The notes: a model not told the origin generated them from the sequence alone. DNA of 32,000 nt from Erysipelotrichaceae bacterium (GCA_030604855.1 JAUVVC010000003.1:204247-236246), one strand, 5' to 3'; positions 8,942 through 16,925 are shown, numbered from the stretch's first letter. Program-made: numbers and translations.

Positions 8942-9679
8942 CTAGAAATAGTTCAGCTGCATGCTGGTGCCAATGCCTTTGACGTAGGTGTGACTGATTT
9001 CGATGACACGGCCGTACTGGTCATAGGAGAAGGTTTCAATGCGGAAACCAGCGGATCCCAAGGGTAGATTGAGATGGGTGCAGATCGAATCTTCAATAAG
9101 AATGGCTTTGACATGTCGTTTTGATTGAATAGTTCTAAAATCAAAATTCTTTTTGACATAATCGGATAAGGCTTGATTGGGCGCTAGATTTTCCAACATG
9201 TTGGGATAAACGATTTCAGGCAGATACAGTTCGATATAGAAAAGCGGCATCGAATCCCCGAAGTAGATGCGTTTGATCCGCAGTATCGGGCTTGTTTCCA
9301 AGAGTTCGAATTGATTTCTTAGCTCAGGCGTGCAATCGATGCGTTCGATGCTTATATGCTGAATGCTTGGCTTCATGTTGTTGATGTCGATTTGGTGGTT
9401 CAAAGATGCAATGGAGTCCAAGATGGTATAACGGATGTTGCTTTTCAGCACAAAGCTTCCTTTGCCTTTATGACGATAGATCAACTCTTCTTCGATCAAC
9501 TGCTTATACGCTTGGCGTACGACCGGACGTGAAATGTTGAAGTGAAGACAGAGTTCCTCTTCAGTAGGGAGTTTATGCCCAGGTGGATACTGATTGGAGC
9601 GGATAGCCATCTTGATTTCGTTTGCGAGTTGCTGATGTAAAGGAATCAAACTGTTCTTATCGAGTGTTAAGCGTTTCAT
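8942..9679 (-). CDS. GntR-family regulator, HutC/UTRA subfamily (class B, copy 1)
   Basis: 245 aa. LDKNSLIPLHQQL..LPTEEELCLHFNISRPVVRQAYKQL..GKGSFV. ATGA overlap with the upstream gene. Confidence 0.85.
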   Translation of the reverse strand: MKRLTLDKNSLIPLHQQLANEIKMAIRSNQYPPGHKLPTEEELCLHFNISRPVVRQAYKQLIEEELIYRHKGKGSFVLKSNIRYTILDSIASLNHQIDINNMKPSIQHISIERIDCTPELRNQFELLETSPILRIKRIYFGDSMPLFYIELYLPEIVYPNMLENLAPNQALSDYVKKNFDFRTIQSKRHVKAILIEDSICTHLNLPLGSAGFRIETFSYDQYGRVIEISHTYVKGIGTSMQLNYF

Positions 9680-10422
9680 GTGTCGACCTCGTGTATATCG
9701 ACGTCGATACTGTGACGTTCGCCAGGGAAATAACTGATTTTAAAGAATATAAGTGTTTTGTCATCGGTATAGTGAATGATGTCGAATTTTATGGCAGCGG
9801 ATTGGAATTCAACTTCTAAGAGTTGAGCGATGGAGTCATCCAGATTCACGGCTGAAACCAAGCATTCGCTCTTAAGATTTTCATAACCATAGATATCTCT
9901 GATCAATCGTGTGATCGAAAATTCGTTGGATATATGGACTGCCAGATCTTTAAAGAGATGGATTGGAAGATAAAAGATCTCGTAGAAAAGAGGGATATCA
10001 TCAGCTTTGCGGATGCGTTTAAAGATGTAATAACTTTTATAATCCGGTAAAGGAAAGTGGAAAGGAGGCAGGTCATCGTGGTCGATGATATCGATACTGA
10101 TGATTTGAGAGGAAGGTTGGAATCCTTTGGCAAGGACTTCTTCATTAAAGGTTTGCTTAAAAAAGATGTTTGAAAACTCGATCTTCTTTCTGACGAAACT
10201 GCCACGTCCTTGGAAACGTTCAATCAAGCCTTCTTCATGTAAGGCGCGATAGGCTTGGCGAATGACAGGGCGTGAAATATTAAAGGTTTCAGCTAAAACC
10301 TCCTCAGGTGGCAACTTATCTTTGTCCTTTAATTGACCGTTGTGGATCGCAGCTTTGATGGAATCGTAAAGTTGAATGTACAGAGGCGTTTTTGAGAATT
10401 TGTTGATGCGGATGTAGTTCAT
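9676..10422 (-). CDS. GntR-family regulator, HutC/UTRA subfamily (class A, copy 1)
   Basis: 248 aa. MNYIRINKFSKTPLYIQL..FNISRPVIRQAY..GRGSFV, ending SYFPGERH plus an acidic tail. First gene of the array. Confidence 0.85.
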   Translation of the reverse strand: MNYIRINKFSKTPLYIQLYDSIKAAIHNGQLKDKDKLPPEEVLAETFNISRPVIRQAYRALHEEGLIERFQGRGSFVRKKIEFSNIFFKQTFNEEVLAKGFQPSSQIISIDIIDHDDLPPFHFPLPDYKSYYIFKRIRKADDIPLFYEIFYLPIHLFKDLAVHISNEFSITRLIRDIYGYENLKSECLVSAVNLDDSIAQLLEVEFQSAAIKFDIIHYTDDKTLIFFKISYFPGERHSIDVDIHEVDT

Positions 10423-10504
10423 TCGAGTTTCGTCCTTATGGTATACTTAATTGAAGCACTGCTTACAGTATAACAAATTTAATGCAGATTGGTAATGTCA
10501 TAAC

Positions 10505-11692
10505 ATGATATCGTATAAACTACCGGATTCCGTAAAAATCGTCTTGAATCGCTTGGAAACTGAGGGTTTCGAAGCTTTTGTCGTGGGTGGATTTGTCCGT
10601 GACTTGTTGTTGAATCGAGAAACACATGATTGTGATGTCACGACCAATGCGAGACCCCATGAAATTGAACACGTATTCCTGGATTATAAACAATCACATA
10701 TTGGTAAGGACCATGGAACAGTGGGTGTGAAGGTCAATGGGGAGTGGATAGAAATCACGACCTATCGTGTGGATGAGGCTTCATTGGACCATCGTCGTCC
10801 TCAGGCGGTACGTTTTTCAACGCATCTAAAAGAAGATGTGATGCGTCGTGATTTCACGATGAATGCCTTGGCGATGGATGGCTCGGGTGCGTTGATTGAT
10901 TTTGTAGGGGGTCAAGAAGATATTCGATCGAAAGTGATTCGATGTGTGGGAGATCCCCATTTGCGCTTTGATGAAGATGCTTTACGGATTCTTAGGGCAT
11001 TACGTTTTGCGGCTCAATTGAATTTCAAGATTGACGAGAAGAGCATCACAGCGATGCGCACACATGCACATCTGCTCAGTGGGTTGGCGGTGGAACGTGT
11101 TTTTCAGGAACTTCAGCTCATGTTTGGGGCGAAGCATGCATCCCTTGCTTTTGAGTATGGACAAGATATTCTGAGACACGTCATCGAAATGAAGCAGCTC
11201 AGTCCTATTGAAATTGAGCTGTTGGATAGGTTTGAAGACGTACGAAGTAAGTGGGTGATCTGTTTTCTGACGAAGCCTGTGGATGAATTACGCAGTCAAT
11301 TGGCCAGATTGAAAGCACCGAAGAGATTCATTCAAGATTGTGCGCAGTTGCACACAGTTTTTCATCATCGTTTTACCAAGGATGATTATGCAATGAAATG
11401 GATGATGCATCAGTATCCAAGTCTGATCTTACAGTTATCCATGGATCTGAAGAGGAAACTTCAAGATCCAAACTATGATGAAGATGCACATCAGCTGTTG
11501 AATCGTTTAATGGACGAGAACGCTTGTGTCCATATCAAGGATTTGGACCTGAATGGGCATGATTTGATGGAATATCAAATCAAGGGAAAGCAGATTCAAA
11601 ACCTGTTAGAGAAGGCTTTGGACGGTGTCATGCGCAATCAGGTTGAGAATTCCAAAAAAGCACTCCTGGCTTGGCTCAACTTGACATCGTGA
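10505..11692 (+). CDS. cca: CCA-adding tRNA nucleotidyltransferase
   Basis: 395 aa. GGFVRDLLL..D.D (PolyA_pol head), RRDFTMNA, and ED.LRILRALRF motifs. Confidence 0.9.
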   Translation: MISYKLPDSVKIVLNRLETEGFEAFVVGGFVRDLLLNRETHDCDVTTNARPHEIEHVFLDYKQSHIGKDHGTVGVKVNGEWIEITTYRVDEASLDHRRPQAVRFSTHLKEDVMRRDFTMNALAMDGSGALIDFVGGQEDIRSKVIRCVGDPHLRFDEDALRILRALRFAAQLNFKIDEKSITAMRTHAHLLSGLAVERVFQELQLMFGAKHASLAFEYGQDILRHVIEMKQLSPIEIELLDRFEDVRSKWVICFLTKPVDELRSQLARLKAPKRFIQDCAQLHTVFHHRFTKDDYAMKWMMHQYPSLILQLSMDLKRKLQDPNYDEDAHQLLNRLMDENACVHIKDLDLNGHDLMEYQIKGKQIQNLLEKALDGVMRNQVENSKKALLAWLNLTS

Positions 11693-11734
11693 AGTGCTCT
11701 GTGTATGATTAGTCATATTTTATAGGAGGATTTT

Positions 11735-11824
11735 ATGAACGACGATACTGGTTGTGACCAGCGATGGTCCACCACTACCAATAAGAAGTCTACAGCGTAT
11801 GGCCAGGGGGGATGCACTGTATGA
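11735..11824 (+). CDS. Candidate 29-codon upstream mini-ORF (MNDDTGCDQRWSTTTNKKSTAYGQGGCTV)
   Basis: The best SD in the region (ATAGGAGGA, 5 nt spacer) precedes ATG 11735. Its TGA overlaps ATG 11821 of the transporter gene as ATGA. There is no homology evidence. Confidence 0.3.
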   Translation: MNDDTGCDQRWSTTTNKKSTAYGQGGCTV

Positions 11825-13143
11825 CGGCTGTGTTCCTATTACTTGTATTGACTGCATTCAATGCATTCTTTACAGCCTCTGAAATGGCTTTGATTTCAAT
11901 CAACGATAATAAGATGCGTATGTTAGCGGATGAAGGACATAAAAAAGCAAAGCAATTGCTTCATGTCTTGGATTCCCCGACACGCTTTTTGTCAACCATC
12001 CAAATCGGTGTGACTTTGGCTGGCTTTTTATCATCCGCATTTGCATCCGATCAATTCAGTGAACCTTTGGTTGCGTTGATTGCCCCTTACGTGCCGATTG
12101 ATGCGGATCTGCTTAAAACAATCTCAGTGGTCTTGATCACTTTGGCATTGTCGTTTTTAACGCTTGTCTTTGGCGAATTGGTTCCCAAACGGATTGCGAT
12201 GAACAAAGCGGAACCGATTGCGTTTGCTGTGGTTGGTGTTCTTCAATTTATCGCTATCATTGCGTTGCCCTTTGTCAATCTCTTGAGTTTGACGACCAAT
12301 GGTATCCTTAGCCTTCTTGGCTTCGATCCCAATGCGCATCCCAATGATGTGACAGAGGAGGAGATCCGCATGATGGTTGATGTGGGTGAAGAAAAGGGTA
12401 CGATTCGTGAAACGGAAAAAGAGATGATTAACAACATCTTTGAGTTTGACAATAAACTTGTGTCGGAAATCATGACCCATCGTCGTGAAATCAGTGGGAT
12501 TTCCGTTGATGCGACGCTTCAGGAAGTGAAGAAGATCGTCAAGGATGAACAATACACGCGTTTTCCGATCTACGATGAATCCTTGGATAATATCGTCGGT
12601 ATCGTTCATTTGAAGGATGTGTTGAAATATTACGATCAAGCTCGAACCAAAACCTTTAGTTTGTCACGGATCATGCGCAAGCCTTATTTTGTGCCAGAGT
12701 CGAAACACTTGGATGAACTCTTCTTCGAATTACAGAAGAACAGTACGCATATGGCGGTTGTCATCGATGAGTATGGTGGGACAGCCGGTATCATTACGAT
12801 TGAAGATTTGATTGAAGAAATCGTTGGGGACATCTCTGATGAGTATGACGAAGACGAAAAAGCCTTGGTTAAGATCAGCGATCAGACCTATGATGCGGAT
12901 GGCAACTTGGAACTGGAAATCCTTGAAGAAAAAGTAGGTCTGGTTCTACCTCAAGAAGATTATGAAACCTTAAGTGGATTTCTGATCAGTAAACTCGGAC
13001 GTATTCCCGATGATCATGAACTCATGGATTTGGAACATGAAGGTGTTTTGTTTAAGATCTTGAAGATCAAAGATAAACGCATCCTAAAAGTACGTATCGT
13101 CCTACCCCACGAAAAAATAGAACTTCAGACAAAAGCCGAATAA
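11821..13143 (+). CDS. CNNM/CorC-type (DUF21-CBS pair-CorC_HlyC) membrane protein, putative Mg2+/divalent cation efflux; annotated in databases as hemolysin family
   Basis: N-terminal TM domain LTAFNAFFTASEMALIS, GELVPKRIA, two CBS motifs and a C-terminal CorC_HlyC domain. The start is either ATG 11812 (track) or ATG 11821 (coupled to the mini-ORF stop). Confidence 0.85.
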   Translation: MTAVFLLLVLTAFNAFFTASEMALISINDNKMRMLADEGHKKAKQLLHVLDSPTRFLSTIQIGVTLAGFLSSAFASDQFSEPLVALIAPYVPIDADLLKTISVVLITLALSFLTLVFGELVPKRIAMNKAEPIAFAVVGVLQFIAIIALPFVNLLSLTTNGILSLLGFDPNAHPNDVTEEEIRMMVDVGEEKGTIRETEKEMINNIFEFDNKLVSEIMTHRREISGISVDATLQEVKKIVKDEQYTRFPIYDESLDNIVGIVHLKDVLKYYDQARTKTFSLSRIMRKPYFVPESKHLDELFFELQKNSTHMAVVIDEYGGTAGIITIEDLIEEIVGDISDEYDEDEKALVKISDQTYDADGNLELEILEEKVGLVLPQEDYETLSGFLISKLGRIPDDHELMDLEHEGVLFKILKIKDKRILKVRIVLPHEKIELQTKAE

Positions 13144-13144
13144 A

Positions 13145-13168
13145 AAGACTCACCGCAGGGTGAGTCTT
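13145..13168. terminator. Hairpin terminator between convergent genes (better U-tract for the minus-strand gene)
   Basis: AAGACTCACC-GCAG-GGTGAGTCTT. An A-run lies on the left side, giving TTTTTA for the minus-strand transcript. Confidence 0.7.
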
Positions 13169-13188
13169 CTTCATAAGGATATGATTTC

Positions 13189-13872
13189 TTAGTTTCTGGT
13201 AACTTCATTGATGAGGTAAGCCGCATCAACAGAGAGTTCGCCAGTATTGGTGATGAATGAAGCGTATTTGGAGTCTGTATATTGACCCATACCGCCGACG
13301 TTGTAAATCTTGCTCATGTCATAACCTTTGACTTCAAGGATCTTCATCATTTGTGCAACACGTCCACCGGATTGACAGAAGAGGAAGAGTGTCTTATCTT
13401 TTGGGAACAATGCATTCAACAACGCATCGGATTCTTTGTAGACAGCGACAGGTGCATCAATCGCACCACCATACAATTGAACCATCGTTGCATCGGTATG
13501 TGCATTCGCATTGAAGATGTATGCAAAGTAAGGAACGACTTCGAAGTTGCGGAAATGCTTCATGGAGTAATCTTTGAAATCACGAAGATCGATGTAGACG
13601 ACATCATCGCGATTCATGTATTGGTCTAAGTTTTCAACACCGATCGAAGAACAGCTTGCGGCATAGACGCCAGCTTCACAATTCTTTTCAGGCTGGTCCT
13701 TTGCTGGGACATATTTCTTTGTGGTATCGATGGGTGCAGGAAGTTCTGCTTGAAGTACATAACCATTTTCAGCTGGATTCAAGACCCAACCTTCTTCTTG
13801 GAGTTGGGCTTCAGATTTAGCACAACCCACTAAAGCAAGACTTAAAACAAGTAACGCTAATAATTTTTTCAT
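13189..13872 (-). CDS. Rhodanese-domain lipoprotein with intact active-site loop (putative extracytoplasmic sulfurtransferase)
   Basis: 227 aa. Signal peptide plus lipobox LALVGC. Rhodanese fold VVYIDLRD..LFLFCQSGGRVAQM (CxxGxR catalytic loop). 13 nt after the upstream lipoprotein gene. Confidence 0.8.
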   Translation of the reverse strand: MKKLLALLVLSLALVGCAKSEAQLQEEGWVLNPAENGYVLQAELPAPIDTTKKYVPAKDQPEKNCEAGVYAASCSSIGVENLDQYMNRDDVVYIDLRDFKDYSMKHFRNFEVVPYFAYIFNANAHTDATMVQLYGGAIDAPVAVYKESDALLNALFPKDKTLFLFCQSGGRVAQMMKILEVKGYDMSKIYNVGGMGQYTDSKYASFITNTGELSVDAAYLINEVTRN

Positions 13873-13885
13873 TTCCTTTTTCCTT

Positions 13886-14617
13886 TTAGTCGAAGTATTC
13901 GTCTTCTGAGTGGTATGTCATAATGGCATGTAACATCCGAATGATGTTGTTTGTGGAAACGGATGAGCCGGTGAAGGTATCCAATTTGAAAGCATCGCGG
14001 CCATTGGCTTGATAATCTTCCAATTTAATATCTTCCATGACACTTAATGATTTGATGTAGGCATAATCTTTGTCGATGAAGTAAGGGATGTATTCAGTCT
14101 TGAAGACGGAATAACTTACGCCTGCTGGAGTTGGATTGCTATCGCCCCAGAAACCTCCATTGTATTCACCATTCGGATCTTTATCAAAGGATAAGTAACG
14201 AACGATGACGTCATCAGCTGCTTTCGATTCAGGTAGACTCAATTCAACATAAGCAGTTTGCCAATAGTTGACAGATGCCGCACGACAGGTACAAGAGAGA
14301 TACGTGATTTGGTATTTGATGTAATCACGTGCTACGTACTTGTAGTGTACGAAAGCGTAGAAGCTGGATTCGTTGCGTGGTCCATCGATATGGTCGATGG
14401 GAACGATGGCAACGGTGTTTGCGATTGAACCGGGTCCTAAATCAGCACTTGAATTCAAGAATTCATTGATTTGTTCCAAACTGAGTTCAGATCCATCACT
14501 GCACTCAACGGGTGTGTTCGCAACAGGATCGCCAGTCGGTTCCGCTTGGTCGGCAGCACAAGCATAAAGGCTAGACAAGACTAGACTAAGCAATAAAATG
14601 AATAAGATTTTTTTCAT
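13886..14617 (-). CDS. Lipoprotein of unknown function with FMN-binding-domain-like C-terminus
   Basis: Start at ATG 14617 (SD AAAGGAG), giving MKKILFILLLSLVLSSLYAC as a lipobox-like signal. The track's 14710 start is a spurious extension. The C-terminal KLDTFTGSSVSTNNIIRML resembles the D-x-x-[ST]-G-[AS]-[ST] flavinylation motif. Confidence 0.75.
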   Translation of the reverse strand: MKKILFILLLSLVLSSLYACAADQAEPTGDPVANTPVECSDGSELSLEQINEFLNSSADLGPGSIANTVAIVPIDHIDGPRNESSFYAFVHYKYVARDYIKYQITYLSCTCRAASVNYWQTAYVELSLPESKAADDVIVRYLSFDKDPNGEYNGGFWGDSNPTPAGVSYSVFKTEYIPYFIDKDYAYIKSLSVMEDIKLEDYQANGRDAFKLDTFTGSSVSTNNIIRMLHAIMTYHSEDEYFD

Positions 14618-14755
14618 TGTGACTCCTTTCACAAATAATTTTAGCGAATCAAAAGGAAGATTACAGGATAACTTACTACAAAAATCATAAAAATGTAATA
14701 TATTTATCATTTTTTATGTTATAACTTGAAGGTAAGGAAACGAATAGACAACAAT

Positions 14756-15415
14756 ATGAGAAGAATTTCACAAGTACTTGTTATCGGGTTATGCATACTG
14801 GGGGCATTCACGGCGTGTCAAGCCGCGCCGGTTCTTGAAGAAGACGTCAACATCACGATTCCAGTTAAAAATGAATCGGTAAAAATACAGGATTCACCCA
14901 TAACAAGTTTGAATCTGGATGACTACTTATTTAGAGAAGATGTCTTTTATGTGGATACACGTGAATTGAATCAAGTGATGGAAGAGGGGTCGATTGCTGG
15001 TTTTGTGACCTATCCTTTTTATGAGTTGCTTGCGAATTTGGTTGAAGGGAAGACTTTGTTCAAAATGACGAAAGTTCTGGATTCCAACAATGCCTTATTG
15101 ATTGAATTGGGGGGTGTTGGAAGTTATGTACCTCGTTTTGAAGAATCAGAATACTTATTAAAGGCTTTGTTTCCTAAGGATAAAACCATCTTCATCAGTT
15201 CCACGGCTGGGGTTGAAGCGACGTATTTAGCAAATCTCTTGATTCAATATGGTTACGATCCTCTTAAGATATACAATGTCGGTAACTTCAGCAACGACTT
15301 AGGCACACTCGTCGCGTATCGAAACAATAAAAAAGCCAAGTACTTTGTACCTGGCACGAATGTCTTCACTTTGGATTATGCGTTTGATTTAGGTGAATTG
15401 ACAGCGCTTGATTGA
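14756..15415 (+). CDS. Rhodanese-like lipoprotein lacking the catalytic cysteine (paralog of 13189-13872)
   Basis: MRRISQVLVIGLCILGAFTAC lipobox. Aligns with its paralog: LKALFPKDKTIFISSTAGVEA..GYDPLKIYNVG versus LNALFPKDKTLFLFCQSGGRVA..GYDMSKIYNVG. No Cys after the lipobox. TTG 14726 is an alternative start. Confidence 0.75.
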   Translation: MRRISQVLVIGLCILGAFTACQAAPVLEEDVNITIPVKNESVKIQDSPITSLNLDDYLFREDVFYVDTRELNQVMEEGSIAGFVTYPFYELLANLVEGKTLFKMTKVLDSNNALLIELGGVGSYVPRFEESEYLLKALFPKDKTIFISSTAGVEATYLANLLIQYGYDPLKIYNVGNFSNDLGTLVAYRNNKKAKYFVPGTNVFTLDYAFDLGELTALD

Positions 15416-16429
15416 TTACTTAAAGGCTCTTAGATAAGGTTCTGGCAAATGGTCCAGATCCTTTTCTTTTGCATAGGCTTGGATGACGATGTAAGGATTT
15501 CTTAAGAGTTCACGACCGAATGCGACAAGATCGGCTTCGTTGTTCGCGAGAATCGCTTCAGCTTCTTCCATGGTATGGATTAAGCCGACCGCAATCGTAG
15601 GCAAGCCAAGACCTTCTTTGATCGTCTTACTAAAAGGAACCTGGTACAAAGGCTTCAAGTCGATGCGTCGAAGTGCGTTCCCGCCGGAACTGACATGAAC
15701 GAAATCCAAGTGTTCTTTGACCGGTGTTAAGATTTCAATGATGTCTTGTGGAGTGATACCCTCTGGATCGTAATCTGTCGCAGAGATGCGGACTTGTAGA
15801 ACGGCTTGTTTACCGATGGTGCTGCGCACATCCGTGATGAGCTCACGCAAGAGTCGAGCACGATTGTCCAAACTGCCGCCATAGTTGTCATCACGATGAT
15901 TGCTCAAAGGAGAAAGAAATTCATGAAGGAGATAGCCATGTGCGCCATGGATTTCGATGCCATCGAAACCAGCTTTGAGGGCACGGTTTGCGGCATTGAC
16001 GAAACACTGCTTGAAACGAATGAGATCATCGATATCCATCGCGACGGGTTGTTCATACTCTTCGCTGAATGTGATTGCGCTTGGAGCGATGTGTGGCGTT
16101 GCGCTGGACATGCTTTTACGACCGGCATGCGCCAATTGGATGAAGGCTTTTGCGCCATAGCGATGAATTTCCTGGACAAGGCTTTGAAGACCTTCGATGA
16201 ATTGATTATCCCAAATCCCAAGATCCTGATCGGTGATGCGACCTTCTGGACTGACTGCGGTTGCTTCAACGATGACCATACCGACGCCTCCAATGGCACG
16301 ACTGCCATAATGGGTGAGATGGAAGGGTTGGACAAAGCCATTGATCGCTGAATACATGCACATGGGTGGCATGACGATGCGGTTTTTCAATTCGATGTTT
16401 TGGATAGGGTAGGCACTTAGACTTAACAT
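15416..16429 (-). CDS. namA: NADPH dehydrogenase / NADH:flavin oxidoreductase, Old Yellow Enzyme family (YqjM/NamA type)
   Basis: 337 aa. NRIVMPPMCMY..HAGRK..GFDGIEIHGAHGYL..NHRDDNYGGS motifs. SD AAAGGAG. Confidence 0.85.
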   Translation of the reverse strand: MLSLSAYPIQNIELKNRIVMPPMCMYSAINGFVQPFHLTHYGSRAIGGVGMVIVEATAVSPEGRITDQDLGIWDNQFIEGLQSLVQEIHRYGAKAFIQLAHAGRKSMSSATPHIAPSAITFSEEYEQPVAMDIDDLIRFKQCFVNAANRALKAGFDGIEIHGAHGYLLHEFLSPLSNHRDDNYGGSLDNRARLLRELITDVRSTIGKQAVLQVRISATDYDPEGITPQDIIEILTPVKEHLDFVHVSSGGNALRRIDLKPLYQVPFSKTIKEGLGLPTIAVGLIHTMEEAEAILANNEADLVAFGRELLRNPYIVIQAYAKEKDLDHLPEPYLRAFK

Positions 16430-16491
16430 GTTGGACTCCTTTATAACAGTTACAGTTTAAAAGACGACCTCACTAAAGTAAAGGAGATTGA

Positions 16492-16905
16492 TTAGATGAA
16501 GTACATCGGATCGTTTTGCTTAAGTGCTAGATCTTTTATTTTGAGTTGTTTCAAATGTTCAATCATGGATTCGTGAAGAGGGCGATAGATTTGATCACTG
16601 AGGTGTTTGTTTAAATGAACATCCAACAAAGCGGATTCATCTTCATAAGCAATCAAATCAGGATCCAAGGCTTTGAACACCGTATGAACATCAAGTTCTT
16701 CAAGGTTCAAGAGACGATAACCACCTTGAGGTCCTTTGATGGAATCCACAATCTGATTGTTCTTCAGTAAGGTGAAGACTTGTTCCAAGTAGGTTTTAGA
16801 TAAGCCGAGCTCTGAGGCGATCGACTGTATCGAGACATATGTGGGCTTATCCGCTAATGCGAATACAACGGCTAAACCATAACGAACTTTTGTGTTGAAT
16901 ATCAT
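16492..16905 (-). CDS. Rrf2-family transcriptional regulator (CymR-like by context)
   Basis: MIFNTKVRYGLAVV.. wHTH ..LSKTYLEQVF. No three-Cys cluster motif, so it is CymR-like rather than IscR-like. Start at ATG 16905 (SD GGAG); the 16926 extension would overlap the cysK promoter. Confidence 0.8.
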   Translation of the reverse strand: MIFNTKVRYGLAVVFALADKPTYVSIQSIASELGLSKTYLEQVFTLLKNNQIVDSIKGPQGGYRLLNLEELDVHTVFKALDPDLIAYEDESALLDVHLNKHLSDQIYRPLHESMIEHLKQLKIKDLALKQNDPMYFI

Positions 16906-16925
16906 CGTTTCTCCAATCACTTCCA

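Noticed and set aside
11735-13143. The idea that the transporter gene is a pseudogene with a frameshifted N-terminus, or uses programmed frameshifting from the MNDDTG mini-ORF.
   Set aside because: The transporter frame has a stop at 11782-11784 upstream of its ATGs, there is no slippery heptamer at the junction, and the downstream ORF is complete with all domains. An ATGA coupling is the simpler reading.
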